Assembly (NCBI RefSeq): GCF_000014265.1
Contig: NC_008312.1
Span: forward strand, 3,870,001 to 3,902,000
Direction of reading: 5' to 3'
DNA length: 32,000 nt
Source of the DNA: Trichodesmium erythraeum IMS101
GTDB lineage: Bacteria; Cyanobacteriota; Cyanobacteriia; Cyanobacteriales; Microcoleaceae
The position numbers and the translations under genes were made by a program. Positions 20,688 through 29,424 of the stretch are shown here, piece after piece. The notes beneath the pieces are model-generated. The model was not told the DNA's origin, searched no databases, and saw nothing but the letters and a program-made list of their open reading frames with translations. Numbering within the stretch: position 1 is the stretch's first letter; every line of letters begins with the position of its first letter.

Positions 20688-21653
20688 TTAGGAAAATTTT
20701 GTGACCAATTCAGATAACCAATTGAGTAGATTAAGTTTGTGAAGAATAATCTGCCTAGCCTCGGCAATTGCATGTTTAGCCTCATGCCAAGCATCAGGAG
20801 TAGAAGTCACATCTTTTATGTATGATAGTCCTTTTTCATCCATACTTGGTAGCCTCAAAAAACTACCAGGCGGCAATAACTTATCTGCTGCTGAACCACC
20901 GTAATAAATTGGCAAACACCAAGATAGTAAAGCATCCCATAATTTCTCACTGACATACAAATCACTATCAGCATAATTTTCTATAGAGAGATTATAATAA
21001 TAAGGGGCCATTGCGTGCCATTTATTTTGAACCTCTCCTGAAGCTTTAGCCCAGTCTGGTAAACCACGACCATACAAATCAAACTTAAACCCACTCTCCT
21101 GCAAAAATTTCAGAAATGCCAGACGTTGACGATGGTTAATTGTACGACTAATACCAGAAGTAATCAAACTACAAGTTTTCAATTTTTCTGGCACTCCCAT
21201 CTCATTCAATTCTCGAAATGAATTACCTACATATCAAATAGCAGGCATATAATCTGGAACTGGTGCAAAATTATCTGGTCCAGAAACATAACTACAATAA
21301 ATTTTTGCTTGTTCATAATTGAATTTATTGTATTCTACTACTTTATCTAGAGGTGGTTCTCTAAGTGAATAAATAGTTTTTTCCTTAGAGACTCCACGCA
21401 ATTTTTCTCTAATATCTGGTTCTGTTTTTTGAGGTTTATATAAATGCTTTATATATTCCCGCCATGATAATCCTTGTTTTGTTTTACGGGGAAAATCAAA
21501 CTGATACATTAGGAGGAAATCTGGTTGGGGATGATTTGCATCCATAATTATATTTCCCCACCTACCAAAACTATGGGGAGTTTGTTTCCATAGCCAGTCA
21601 CTTTGATTTAAACCTCGGTAACTTGTCAGCATTCCCACAATTTTTTCACTCAT
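20688..21653 (-). pseudogene. Glycosyltransferase family 10 (alpha-1,3-fucosyltransferase-like), interrupted by one in-frame TGA (21234-21236).
   Basis: ORFs 21653-21234 and 21209-20688 share a frame. The junction reads ..PDYMPAI*YVGNSFRELNEMGVPEKLKTCSLITSG... The C-terminal part carries ..YYNLSIENYADSDLYVSEKLWDALLSWCLPIYYGG.., corresponding to the GT10 signature F-E-N-S...Y-V-T-E-K-(F/L)-W.....P-I-Y. Confidence 0.7.
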
Positions 21654-21766
21654 TTTTTGCCTATTAAATTATTTTTTCTGAACTTTAATATGTAATATTT
21701 TTTTTTCAACTTTAATTTAGATAAATTTTATCTATCTTGGGAAAAATTAAACCTGAAAAAGCTCTA

Positions 21767-21899
21767 TAGCAGTATGAAATAATTCGTCAAAATGCATGTA
21801 ATAAATAAAAAGGTACCCAACTTTTTCTCATGCCCTATTCACATTTCTGATTTCCTAAAAAGCTCAGATATTTCTTACACAGCTCAAATAAGATTGCTA
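21767..21899. mobile_element. Possible third, strongly diverged copy of the TAGCAATCC...GGATTGCTA MITE.
   Basis: It is 133 bp long, the same length as the copy at 24886-25018. It begins TAGCAGT and ends GATTGCTA, with TA on both flanks (21765-66 and 21900-01). Internal similarity to the other copies is weak; I could match only ..ATTCGTCAAAAT.. against ..ATTCATGTCAAAAAT... Confidence 0.3.
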
Positions 21900-21978
21900 T
21901 AGTTAAAAATATTGACACAATACCGAAAAAAATGATACTTTATCAGCATATTATTAAGTAAGCATTATAATTAAACTA

Positions 21979-23157
21979 ATGAGTATTGAGAGCTTAGAAA
22001 AAAATCCTACAAAAAAGTCAGTTGCTGTCTTTTATCCCTTGTTTTCTGGTGGAGGTGCAGAAGCAGTTTGTCTTTGGATATTAGAAGCTTTAAAAGAAAC
22101 ATATGATCTGACACTATTTACTGTATTTGATGTAGATTTTGACAAACTCAATTCCATGTATGGAACTCAAATTTCCCAGGAAATGGTAAAGATTAGAGCA
22201 ATCTTTCCTACAGTAACTAAAACTTTGTTAAGATTTTTATTTGCCAATAATAGAGATTTAGCAATCTTAGTAATGCATCTTCTACTGCGCCATCTGAAAG
22301 CTCATAATCAGGAATATGATTTATTATTATCAGGTTACAATGCTGTAGACTTTGGTCGTGTCGGAATTCAATATGTTCATTGGATTAATGTGATTCCTAA
22401 TGATGGATTGTATGGTAAAATTTCTAACTCTTCCTTGGAGAATGTCAAACTTAATATATCAATTACAAATTCCTTTGCAGTATCTAAAGTTTTAAAAGAT
22501 ACATATGCTATTGATGCTAAAGTTGTGTATCCACCTGTTTTACTTAACGATCAAAATATATCTTGGGAACAAAAAGAAAATGCTTTTATTTGCAGCGGAA
22601 GATTGACAGAAGCTAAAGCTCCTCATAAAGCTATTCAAATCTTGAAAAAAGTTCGTCAAAAAGGATTTGATGTTAAGCTTTACATTACAGGAGGGGGAGC
22701 CGGAATATATGGGTGGAAATATAAACGAACATTAACAAAAATGGCCAATGAAAATAGTGAATGGGTAAAATTGTATGAAAATCTGCCTTATAAAGAATAT
22801 GTTAACATTCTAGCCAAGTGTAGATATGGTATTCACTACAAATCAGAACCATTTGGCATTTCAATAGCAGAAATGATGAAAGCAGGTGCAATACCTATTG
22901 TCAGAAATAAACGAGGACACTCAGCAGCAGGACAAGTGGAGATACTTGGAGAAGAAAATCAAGAGTTATTTTTTGAGAATCAAGATGAAGCAGTAGAAAA
23001 AATCACTAATATTCTCCAAAATTCAGAAATACAGGAAAAACTTCAAGCATCTCTACTTAAGAGAAAAGATATTTTTTCCACTGGTAGATTTATGACTGGT
23101 ATTCGTCAGGTTGTAAAAAATTATTTTGAACAATATGATGCTTCTGTTATAAGTTAA
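21979..23157 (+). CDS. GT4-family (Glycos_transf_1, GT-B fold) glycosyltransferase.
   Basis: A 392-aa ORF. It carries ..VFYPLFSGGGAEAV.., ..FICSGRLTEAKAPHKAI.., ..SEPFGISIAEMMKAGAIPIV... The last block is the E-x7-E-type region typical of GT4 enzymes. Confidence 0.75.
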   Translation: MSIESLEKNPTKKSVAVFYPLFSGGGAEAVCLWILEALKETYDLTLFTVFDVDFDKLNSMYGTQISQEMVKIRAIFPTVTKTLLRFLFANNRDLAILVMHLLLRHLKAHNQEYDLLLSGYNAVDFGRVGIQYVHWINVIPNDGLYGKISNSSLENVKLNISITNSFAVSKVLKDTYAIDAKVVYPPVLLNDQNISWEQKENAFICSGRLTEAKAPHKAIQILKKVRQKGFDVKLYITGGGAGIYGWKYKRTLTKMANENSEWVKLYENLPYKEYVNILAKCRYGIHYKSEPFGISIAEMMKAGAIPIVRNKRGHSAAGQVEILGEENQELFFENQDEAVEKITNILQNSEIQEKLQASLLKRKDIFSTGRFMTGIRQVVKNYFEQYDASVIS

Positions 23158-23407
23158 ATATTTAAATTAGATTTTTGAAGCTCAAGTATTCTTAATAGTA
23201 GGTTTAAACTGTATAAATAAAACCGAAAAAATATAGCCTATAACAATTATTATAATACTGAAATGCAGCCAATTTTTGCTGATTCTAGCTAGGTCAAAAT
23301 TTAACTAAGACTTTAGGTTGAAGCAATGAGTTATATCAAAAGGCGATCGCTCATAGTTTTATCTATAATCTTAGAACTAAGAAGTTGTAGTTAAATCAAA
23401 TATAATA

Positions 23408-23541
23408 TAGCAATCCTATTTTATTCATGTCAAAAATCTTGCCTCTTTTTGAGAATAGATTTGGAGTATTAGTTACATGGCTGAGACTTTCGGAGTTTAT
23501 TTCTAGTTTTTCAATTGTTAAGCCTAATGGGAGGATTGCTA
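23408..23541. mobile_element. MITE-like element (134 bp) with 9-bp terminal inverted repeats TAGCAATCC/GGATTGCTA and TA flanks.
   Basis: The termini were read directly. TA lies at 23406-07 and at 23542-43. About three-quarters of the internal sequence is identical to 24886-25018 by eye, for example TTCGGAGTTTATTTCTAGTTTTTCAATTGT against TTCGGAGTTTCTTTCTAGTTTTTGAATTGT. Confidence 0.65.
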
Positions 23542-23599
23542 TATTTATAAGGAGATGTTCTCTGTGAATTCTATATGGCAGTTTTAATAAGAAAGCATA

Positions 23600-24544
23600 A
23601 TGTTATCTAACACCTGTTCACTCTCAATTTTGGTAGCAAGAACAGACATACCTTTTATGATGCATACAATTCCTCATCTAGTTAGAATGAGTAATTTTAA
23701 TTTTATTCAAAGAGTGTTGTTTGTGGATACAGCACCTCTATCTGGAGATAAAGTTATGCGTCCTGGTGTTGGTAGTCTAAGTGAACTCAGAGATTGCTGC
23801 AGTGCACTCCAAAGTGAAGGTATTGTAGATCGAGTTGTGGATATTAACTATGACCAAACTTATCAACAACAAATGTACCTAAAGCATTTTGGTACTCCGA
23901 TTAAGCCCACCCATAACTATAAAGGTTATCCGATATTAGGGTCAATTTTTCACATAGAATCTGTACCAGGAAATTATGTGTTGCATTATGATAGTGATAT
24001 GCTTCTACATCAGCAAAAAGATTATAGTTGGGTAGACGAAGGTATCAAGCTAATGGAGGAACATCCGGAAATAATGGCCATCAGACCATTAACTGGGCCA
24101 CCAACTAAGGATGGTACTATGTACAAACAAAATAAGTCGCTAAAAACAGAACCAGGGGGATTCTACAAATTCAAATTTTTCAGCAGTAGGGTGTATCTAA
24201 TTAACCATAAACGCTTTGACAAGTTACTACCATTACCTATTTTGTGGCGTTCTTACAAGAAAAAATTTCTTAATCGACTGCCACTAAGTCTAAAAAACCT
24301 CTTAAACTACTATACTGACAAAGGCAAGCTGGATTCTTGGGAGGTTATGGTATCTATGCAATTAGAGAAAACTAATTATGTACGAGCAACTATGAGTTCC
24401 CCCAGGGCGTGGACTATTCATCCTAAAGACCGAAGTGCAGAATTTATCGGAGCTTTGCCAAATATTATCGAAAAAATAGAGGCAGGATACTACCCACTTG
24501 AGCAAGCTGGACACTATGACTTTATTTCAAAATATTGGCTTTGA
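23600..24544 (+). CDS. Hypothetical protein, possibly a GT-A/GT2-like nucleotide-sugar transferase.
   Basis: A 314-aa ORF. The N-terminal ..CSLSILVARTDIPFMMHTIPHLV.. followed by ..VLHYDSDMLL.. (DxD-like) loosely resembles the GT2 layout. This is a weak assignment. Confidence 0.3.
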   Translation: MLSNTCSLSILVARTDIPFMMHTIPHLVRMSNFNFIQRVLFVDTAPLSGDKVMRPGVGSLSELRDCCSALQSEGIVDRVVDINYDQTYQQQMYLKHFGTPIKPTHNYKGYPILGSIFHIESVPGNYVLHYDSDMLLHQQKDYSWVDEGIKLMEEHPEIMAIRPLTGPPTKDGTMYKQNKSLKTEPGGFYKFKFFSSRVYLINHKRFDKLLPLPILWRSYKKKFLNRLPLSLKNLLNYYTDKGKLDSWEVMVSMQLEKTNYVRATMSSPRAWTIHPKDRSAEFIGALPNIIEKIEAGYYPLEQAGHYDFISKYWL

Positions 24545-24738
24545 GGGAACAAAGTTAACCGAAAATTTGAGTTTTTGCCGCGTTTTGCTAAGGGAACCTT
24601 ATTTTATGTAACTTAAACGAAAATAGAAATTTAGCTCCCCTTCAAACTCTATGATCAGAAATTTACTATTTAAAAGATATTTTGGTAAAACGTCATAATA
24701 ATTAGTTAAGTTACTAATCAATTTGGGGTAGAACAAAG

Positions 24739-24790
24739 ATTAAACTTACACTATTAATCAGCAAGCCCTAATTAATAGTGTAAGTTTAAT
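24739..24790. repeat. Perfect 20-bp inverted repeat (hairpin) with a 12-nt loop.
   Basis: ATTAAACTTACACTATTAAT (24739-24758), loop CAGCAAGCCCTA, then ATTAATAGTGTAAGTTTAAT (24771-24790). I verified exact complementarity by hand. No U-tract follows on either strand. Confidence 0.8.
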
Positions 24791-24885
24791 GTTAAAAAGC
24801 AATTAATATTAAGTGATTGAGCTCAACTGTTAATCAATTGATATTTGCTCAGGAGGCGATCGCTCAAGCCTGTATCTAAAATCTA

Positions 24886-25018
24886 TAGCAATCCTATTTT
24901 ATTTGTGTCAAAAATTTTGTCGCTTTTTGGTATGGGGATTTGGGGTAGTGGTCAATGGGCAATAGTTTCGGAGTTTCTTTCTAGTTTTTGAATTGTGGCA
25001 ACCTATTTCGGATTGCTA
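24886..25018. mobile_element. MITE-like element (133 bp), second good copy. It is inserted into another short repeat at a TA.
   Basis: It has the same TIRs, TAGCAATCC/GGATTGCTA, with TA at 24884-85 and 25019-20. Its flanks (24855-24883 and 25021-25042) together reconstruct the uninterrupted repeat seen at 23342-23394. Confidence 0.65.
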
Positions 25019-25245
25019 TAGTAACTAAGACGTTGTAGTTAAGTCTCAATAATATTTAGTAAATTATTTATCTGTATAAATTTTCAGGTTTTATAGGACA
25101 GTTTTGTATATGACAATAGCCAACCAAAAAGAATTAAGAAAATAGGAATATCTTCAAAGTCAAAAATTAAATATTCATGCAAGTCAAATTCAATCAGTAT
25201 ATCTAACCTTAGGCCCCTATAGAAATCTTACTACACTGAAACTTA

Positions 25246-25376
25246 AGGATATTTAATTCTAGAATCAAGTGAATATTTGACTAGCTTTTATAGATTAATT
25301 GATATAACTCTCCAATATTTGAAAATGCATATTTTCATTAATCCACAAAAAGTCATAAACTAGAATTAAATATCCC
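25246..25376. mobile_element. Second type of TA-flanked inverted-repeat element (131 bp). It overlaps the stop codon of the OGT-like gene.
   Basis: There is a 16-bp perfect inverted repeat: GGATATTTAATTCTAG (25247-25262) and CTAGAATTAAATATCC (25360-25375). It extends to 17 bp with one terminal mismatch. TA lies at 25244-45 and 25377-78. The interior is unrelated to the TAGCAATCC family. Confidence 0.5.
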
Positions 25377-28300
25377 TAAGAGAACCCAAAAGTTCAGCAA
25401 ATATCTGATACATCTCTTTTGCCAATTTTTTAGGATTCCATAAAGGCGCTAAATTATCTAGATCTTTTGACTTTTGCAAATGCTCCCGCACCGAATTTCT
25501 TAAACCATTATCTTGACCCAATTTAATTCCCCATTCAGTATATTCTTCCCAACTCCAAGCAACCCCTACATCTAAATTTACATTCTGCAAAAATGAATAA
25601 CCCATCCGAGATAAATATTGCTTACCAGCTCTAGTTATTATCGGTAAATTTGACCATAAAGCCTCTAAATTATGAGTACCACCATTATAAGGATAAGAAT
25701 CTAACAAAACATCAGCTATCTGATAAATTGCTCGATGTTCTTCTTCTGTTTGAGTTTGCCCTAAAAACATAATTCGATTAAAGTCTATACCTAAATTTTC
25801 AGATTCTTCAAGGTAACTTTGATAAATGACATCTACATCTCCCTGACCTTTCCGAATTAATATACTTTTTGGGGTATGTTGCAAAATTTTCAGTTGAGCC
25901 CTTACCATTTTTGGATTAGTTTTTCGTCCGGGCGCTATACACAAATAAACCATTTGATCTGAATCAATTCCGAGACTATTTCTAGTTGAATTTCTATCAA
26001 CCGAACAACTATTAAACCCACCCACAGCTACAGATGTTTCTGGTAATCTCACTAACTTTTCTAAATAATATTTTTCTCTTCCTTGAGGATGGGTATGCCA
26101 GTCACATAAAAAGTAATTACTTTCAGAAATATAGGGCGCATCAAAACCTAACCAAGAAACACAAACTGGTGCAGGTTTTTCATAGAGAACATGAACATTG
26201 ACTGGCAATGTAGTTGAATCTAAATCCACCACTACATCTAACTTATCCTCTAATATTTGTTCAACAATTTCTGTATAACATGGAAACCCATTAGGATACT
26301 TTTTAGGCCAGTAAGTTTGAACAGACATTTTTTCAAATCTTTGAGTAACATCATCTCTCTTCAACGGACCTGTAATATAAAGATAAACGTTTGGTGTAAT
26401 TTGAGATAATTCTTTGATTAAATACTCACTACACCAACCCACAGAATGACGGCGAAAATGTTTAGAAAGGAATCCTATTTTTAATGATTGGGAACTAGAA
26501 ATATAAGTTTTTGTAGTTTGATAAATTTTAGGTCGATTTTGATAATATTGCTGTGCGATTAACTTATAAAAATTTGAATTGTTTTCTAAGTCATCCCGAA
26601 GATGATAAACGGCAAACAAGAAAATTTCATAAAGTAGCTTAATTTCTAGTTCGCTGAAATTTTTATAACTCTGATAACAGATTTTTTCGACCTCTAAAAG
26701 TTTAGCATTTGCTACCTCACTTACTCCCGATTGAAAGTAGGAAAATAAAAAGGCAGTTCCTGAAAGAATAGGAGCTATTTCTCCACAAGAATTACAGAAA
26801 TTATCTGCAGCTTTTCTAGCTACAGCAAGTTTAGTTGTATGACTAAGTAAATCACATAATTGTTGATGAGCTTCAACAAACTGTGGTTTAAGTTCAATTG
26901 CTTTTTCAAATAAAGCGATCGCCTCTTCCATTTTTTCTTGTTTAATAATATGTCCGATGCGAGAGTATACTTCTGCCCAGCTTGGTTTAAGTTCTAATGC
27001 TTTATAATATTTTTCTAGTGCTAATGCTAATAATCCTTTATTAGAAAGTGCTGTTCCTAAGTTAGCATAAGCATCATAAGACTTAGGGTTATATTTGATA
27101 GCTTCTTGATAATGAATTATTGCTTGATCATAGTCACCTTTCAGCAATAAATTATTAGCTAGCTTTTCATGTAAAAATTTTAATTCTGGATTGATTTTCA
27201 GTGCTTGATTATAATAATTAACCGCTGCTTCTCTATCCCCTTTTTCACCTAAAATATTAGCTAGATTACTATAAGCTTCAGTATAATCTTGCTTCAGATT
27301 AATTGCTCTCTCATAACTCTTAATTGCATCATTAATTCTACTCAATTTAACAAGAGTATTACCTAATTTAAAGTGAAAGTCAGCCTCCACAATATCCGGT
27401 TGAATTTCTAATGCTTTTGACCAAGCATTAATAGCTTCATCAACCTTTCCTAAACATTGAAATAGTTTGCCAATATTCCAATAAATACCAGCCAAACCAG
27501 GTTTTAAGTCAATAGCCTTTTGATAATGAAAAAGTGCTTGTTTATATTGACCTAACTGCAAATAGACACTACCAATATTTCCCTGAACTTCAGCCAATTC
27601 TGGGTCAATTTCTAACCCCTGACGATAAGCATGCAAAGCAGCTTCTAAATTATTTTGTTGGTAAAAAGCATTCCCTAAAATTACATAAGATGGAGAATGA
27701 TCTGGTTGAATTTTTAAAGCTTGTTTACAGGAGGCGATCGCTGATGCTAAATTTCCTTGTTTCAAAGCCAAATTAGCTTGATTTATATAAGCTTCTGCTG
27801 CTGGCAATTTTAATATTTGTGAAGTTAACCCTGACTCTAGTTTTTGATATTCAAAAGTCGTAAATTTACCGTTTTTTTTCAAGTTTTCTTCTACGTCATC
27901 ATGGACAGAAAAATTATCATAAGTATTCTCAAAATTATCTAATTTTTGTTCTGAAATCAAATTGATAGTAGCAAGTTCAATTCCATTTTCCCCATCAGAA
28001 ATAATAGCTTCTTTATATTGTTTTACTGTCAATTTTTCCTGATCTTTAAAATTCGTTGATTGTTTCTGAATTACTGACTCAACATATTCCTTTATATTAT
28101 GATTATTTTCCCGCGCAAATTTTTGCCATTGAGTGAATAATTTATCCAATTCCTGATCAGTAATTTCAGGTTTGATTAATTGAGATAATTTCAAAAAAGC
28201 TTCCCAATAATTTGGTTTAATAGATAAAGATTTTTGATAATAATTAATAGCTAATTCAATATTTGAATATAAAGCAAATACCTCAGCTAACTTAAAATAA

Positions 28301-28830
28301 GCTTGAGCATCCTTTGGCTTAATTTGTAGTAATTTTTGATAACAATAAATTGCTTGTTCAAATTCCCCTATCAAAGAAAATACATTCCCTAACATCAACT
28401 GCACAGATGCTAAATTTGAATTAATCTCTAAAGCTTTTTGATAATTAGAAATAGCTAAATTAAACTCGCCCAATTTATAATAAACACTACCAATATTAGC
28501 ATATACTTGTGCAAAATTTGGTTCAATACTTAACGCCTCATAATAAGTATTAATTGCTTTTTCAAGTAAATTCTGACTTTGAAAAATATTTCCTAAAGTC
28601 AAATAAGCAGAAGCAAAATGTGGTTGAATTTTAACTGCTTCTTTGCAAGCAGAAATCCCGGCATCAAAATTGCCTTGCATTAAGTATACTTCAGCTAGCT
28701 TCTTGTAAGCTTCGACATAATCTGGTTTAATAGCCAAAGCTTTTTGATAAGCAATCATCGCTGTATAAAGTTGTCCTGAATCTTTTAGTTGATTTGCTGT
28801 ATTGAAATAACTTTTAGCTAACATTTTCAT
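25366..28830 (-). CDS. Large TPR-repeat protein with a C-terminal SPINDLY/OGT-like (GT41, COG3914-type) glycosyltransferase domain.
   Basis: A 1154-aa ORF with two blocks of 34-residue TPR units, for example ..AMIAYQKALAIKPDYVEAY.., ..AINTYYEALSIEPNFAQVY.., ..ALHAYRQGLEIDPELAEVQ.., ..AIKSYERAINLKQDYTEAY... The C-terminal roughly 380 aa starts ..LKIGFLSKHFRRHSVGWCSEYLI.. and contains ..DVLLDSYPYNGGTHNLEALWSNLPIIT... This matches the bacterial SPY-family pattern (IGY.S.DF..H.V......D..PY.G.TT..DALWMGVPV.T). Confidence 0.75.
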   Translation of the reverse strand: MKMLAKSYFNTANQLKDSGQLYTAMIAYQKALAIKPDYVEAYKKLAEVYLMQGNFDAGISACKEAVKIQPHFASAYLTLGNIFQSQNLLEKAINTYYEALSIEPNFAQVYANIGSVYYKLGEFNLAISNYQKALEINSNLASVQLMLGNVFSLIGEFEQAIYCYQKLLQIKPKDAQAYFKLAEVFALYSNIELAINYYQKSLSIKPNYWEAFLKLSQLIKPEITDQELDKLFTQWQKFARENNHNIKEYVESVIQKQSTNFKDQEKLTVKQYKEAIISDGENGIELATINLISEQKLDNFENTYDNFSVHDDVEENLKKNGKFTTFEYQKLESGLTSQILKLPAAEAYINQANLALKQGNLASAIASCKQALKIQPDHSPSYVILGNAFYQQNNLEAALHAYRQGLEIDPELAEVQGNIGSVYLQLGQYKQALFHYQKAIDLKPGLAGIYWNIGKLFQCLGKVDEAINAWSKALEIQPDIVEADFHFKLGNTLVKLSRINDAIKSYERAINLKQDYTEAYSNLANILGEKGDREAAVNYYNQALKINPELKFLHEKLANNLLLKGDYDQAIIHYQEAIKYNPKSYDAYANLGTALSNKGLLALALEKYYKALELKPSWAEVYSRIGHIIKQEKMEEAIALFEKAIELKPQFVEAHQQLCDLLSHTTKLAVARKAADNFCNSCGEIAPILSGTAFLFSYFQSGVSEVANAKLLEVEKICYQSYKNFSELEIKLLYEIFLFAVYHLRDDLENNSNFYKLIAQQYYQNRPKIYQTTKTYISSSQSLKIGFLSKHFRRHSVGWCSEYLIKELSQITPNVYLYITGPLKRDDVTQRFEKMSVQTYWPKKYPNGFPCYTEIVEQILEDKLDVVVDLDSTTLPVNVHVLYEKPAPVCVSWLGFDAPYISESNYFLCDWHTHPQGREKYYLEKLVRLPETSVAVGGFNSCSVDRNSTRNSLGIDSDQMVYLCIAPGRKTNPKMVRAQLKILQHTPKSILIRKGQGDVDVIYQSYLEESENLGIDFNRIMFLGQTQTEEEHRAIYQIADVLLDSYPYNGGTHNLEALWSNLPIITRAGKQYLSRMGYSFLQNVNLDVGVAWSWEEYTEWGIKLGQDNGLRNSVREHLQKSKDLDNLAPLWNPKKLAKEMYQIFAELLGSLRDI

Positions 28831-29424
28831 GGTTAACCCTTATAGGTATAATACTTGAGACTGCACTTAACTTTTTGTTAACTATTGGCGACAACTATAA
28901 TAAATTTATTTGGGCATTACCTAATGTAATTAGTGCTTTTGTTTAGGATGTTTTTTTGCTGGTTTTTCTAATTTTATAAACATCAAAACTATACACTGAA
29001 AGCGAATGGAGGATATATGCTTACGTCGCGTCAACTGCATATTATCTACAGTCTAACAAAGAGTAATCTTCCATCCAAAATTATGTCCTAAACTGAGATT
29101 CAGTTTCCTGCAATAAAACTTGAAAAATAGACTTCTATTGCTCCCAAATCTCCCAATAAACAAACATAATAACTTCATTACTTTTATAGCTATCAAGCCA
29201 GACTTCTTTTTTGAAAAAACCTATTTGTCGGGCTAAGAAGGATGTCCAAATTTATCGTACCCTGAAGATAAATTCTTCTTTTAAACTCTCTTCAATTTTG
29301 AATTGTAGCCATTCAATTATCATGATATTTATAGTAATAGACCAAAAGCATACTTAACTTTAACCTGCAAAATAGCTTAGATAAATTAGGTAGTGCTGAT
29401 AATTCGATCTGGAGTATTAAAGTT

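Noticed and set aside
3855-21236. Programmed recoding (read-through, selenocysteine or pyrrolysine) or an altered genetic code as the explanation for the three in-frame stops.
   Set aside because: All three stop codons are involved, once each. Every other gene terminates normally on the same codons. I see no SECIS- or PYLIS-like structure downstream. Ordinary nonsense mutations are the simpler explanation.
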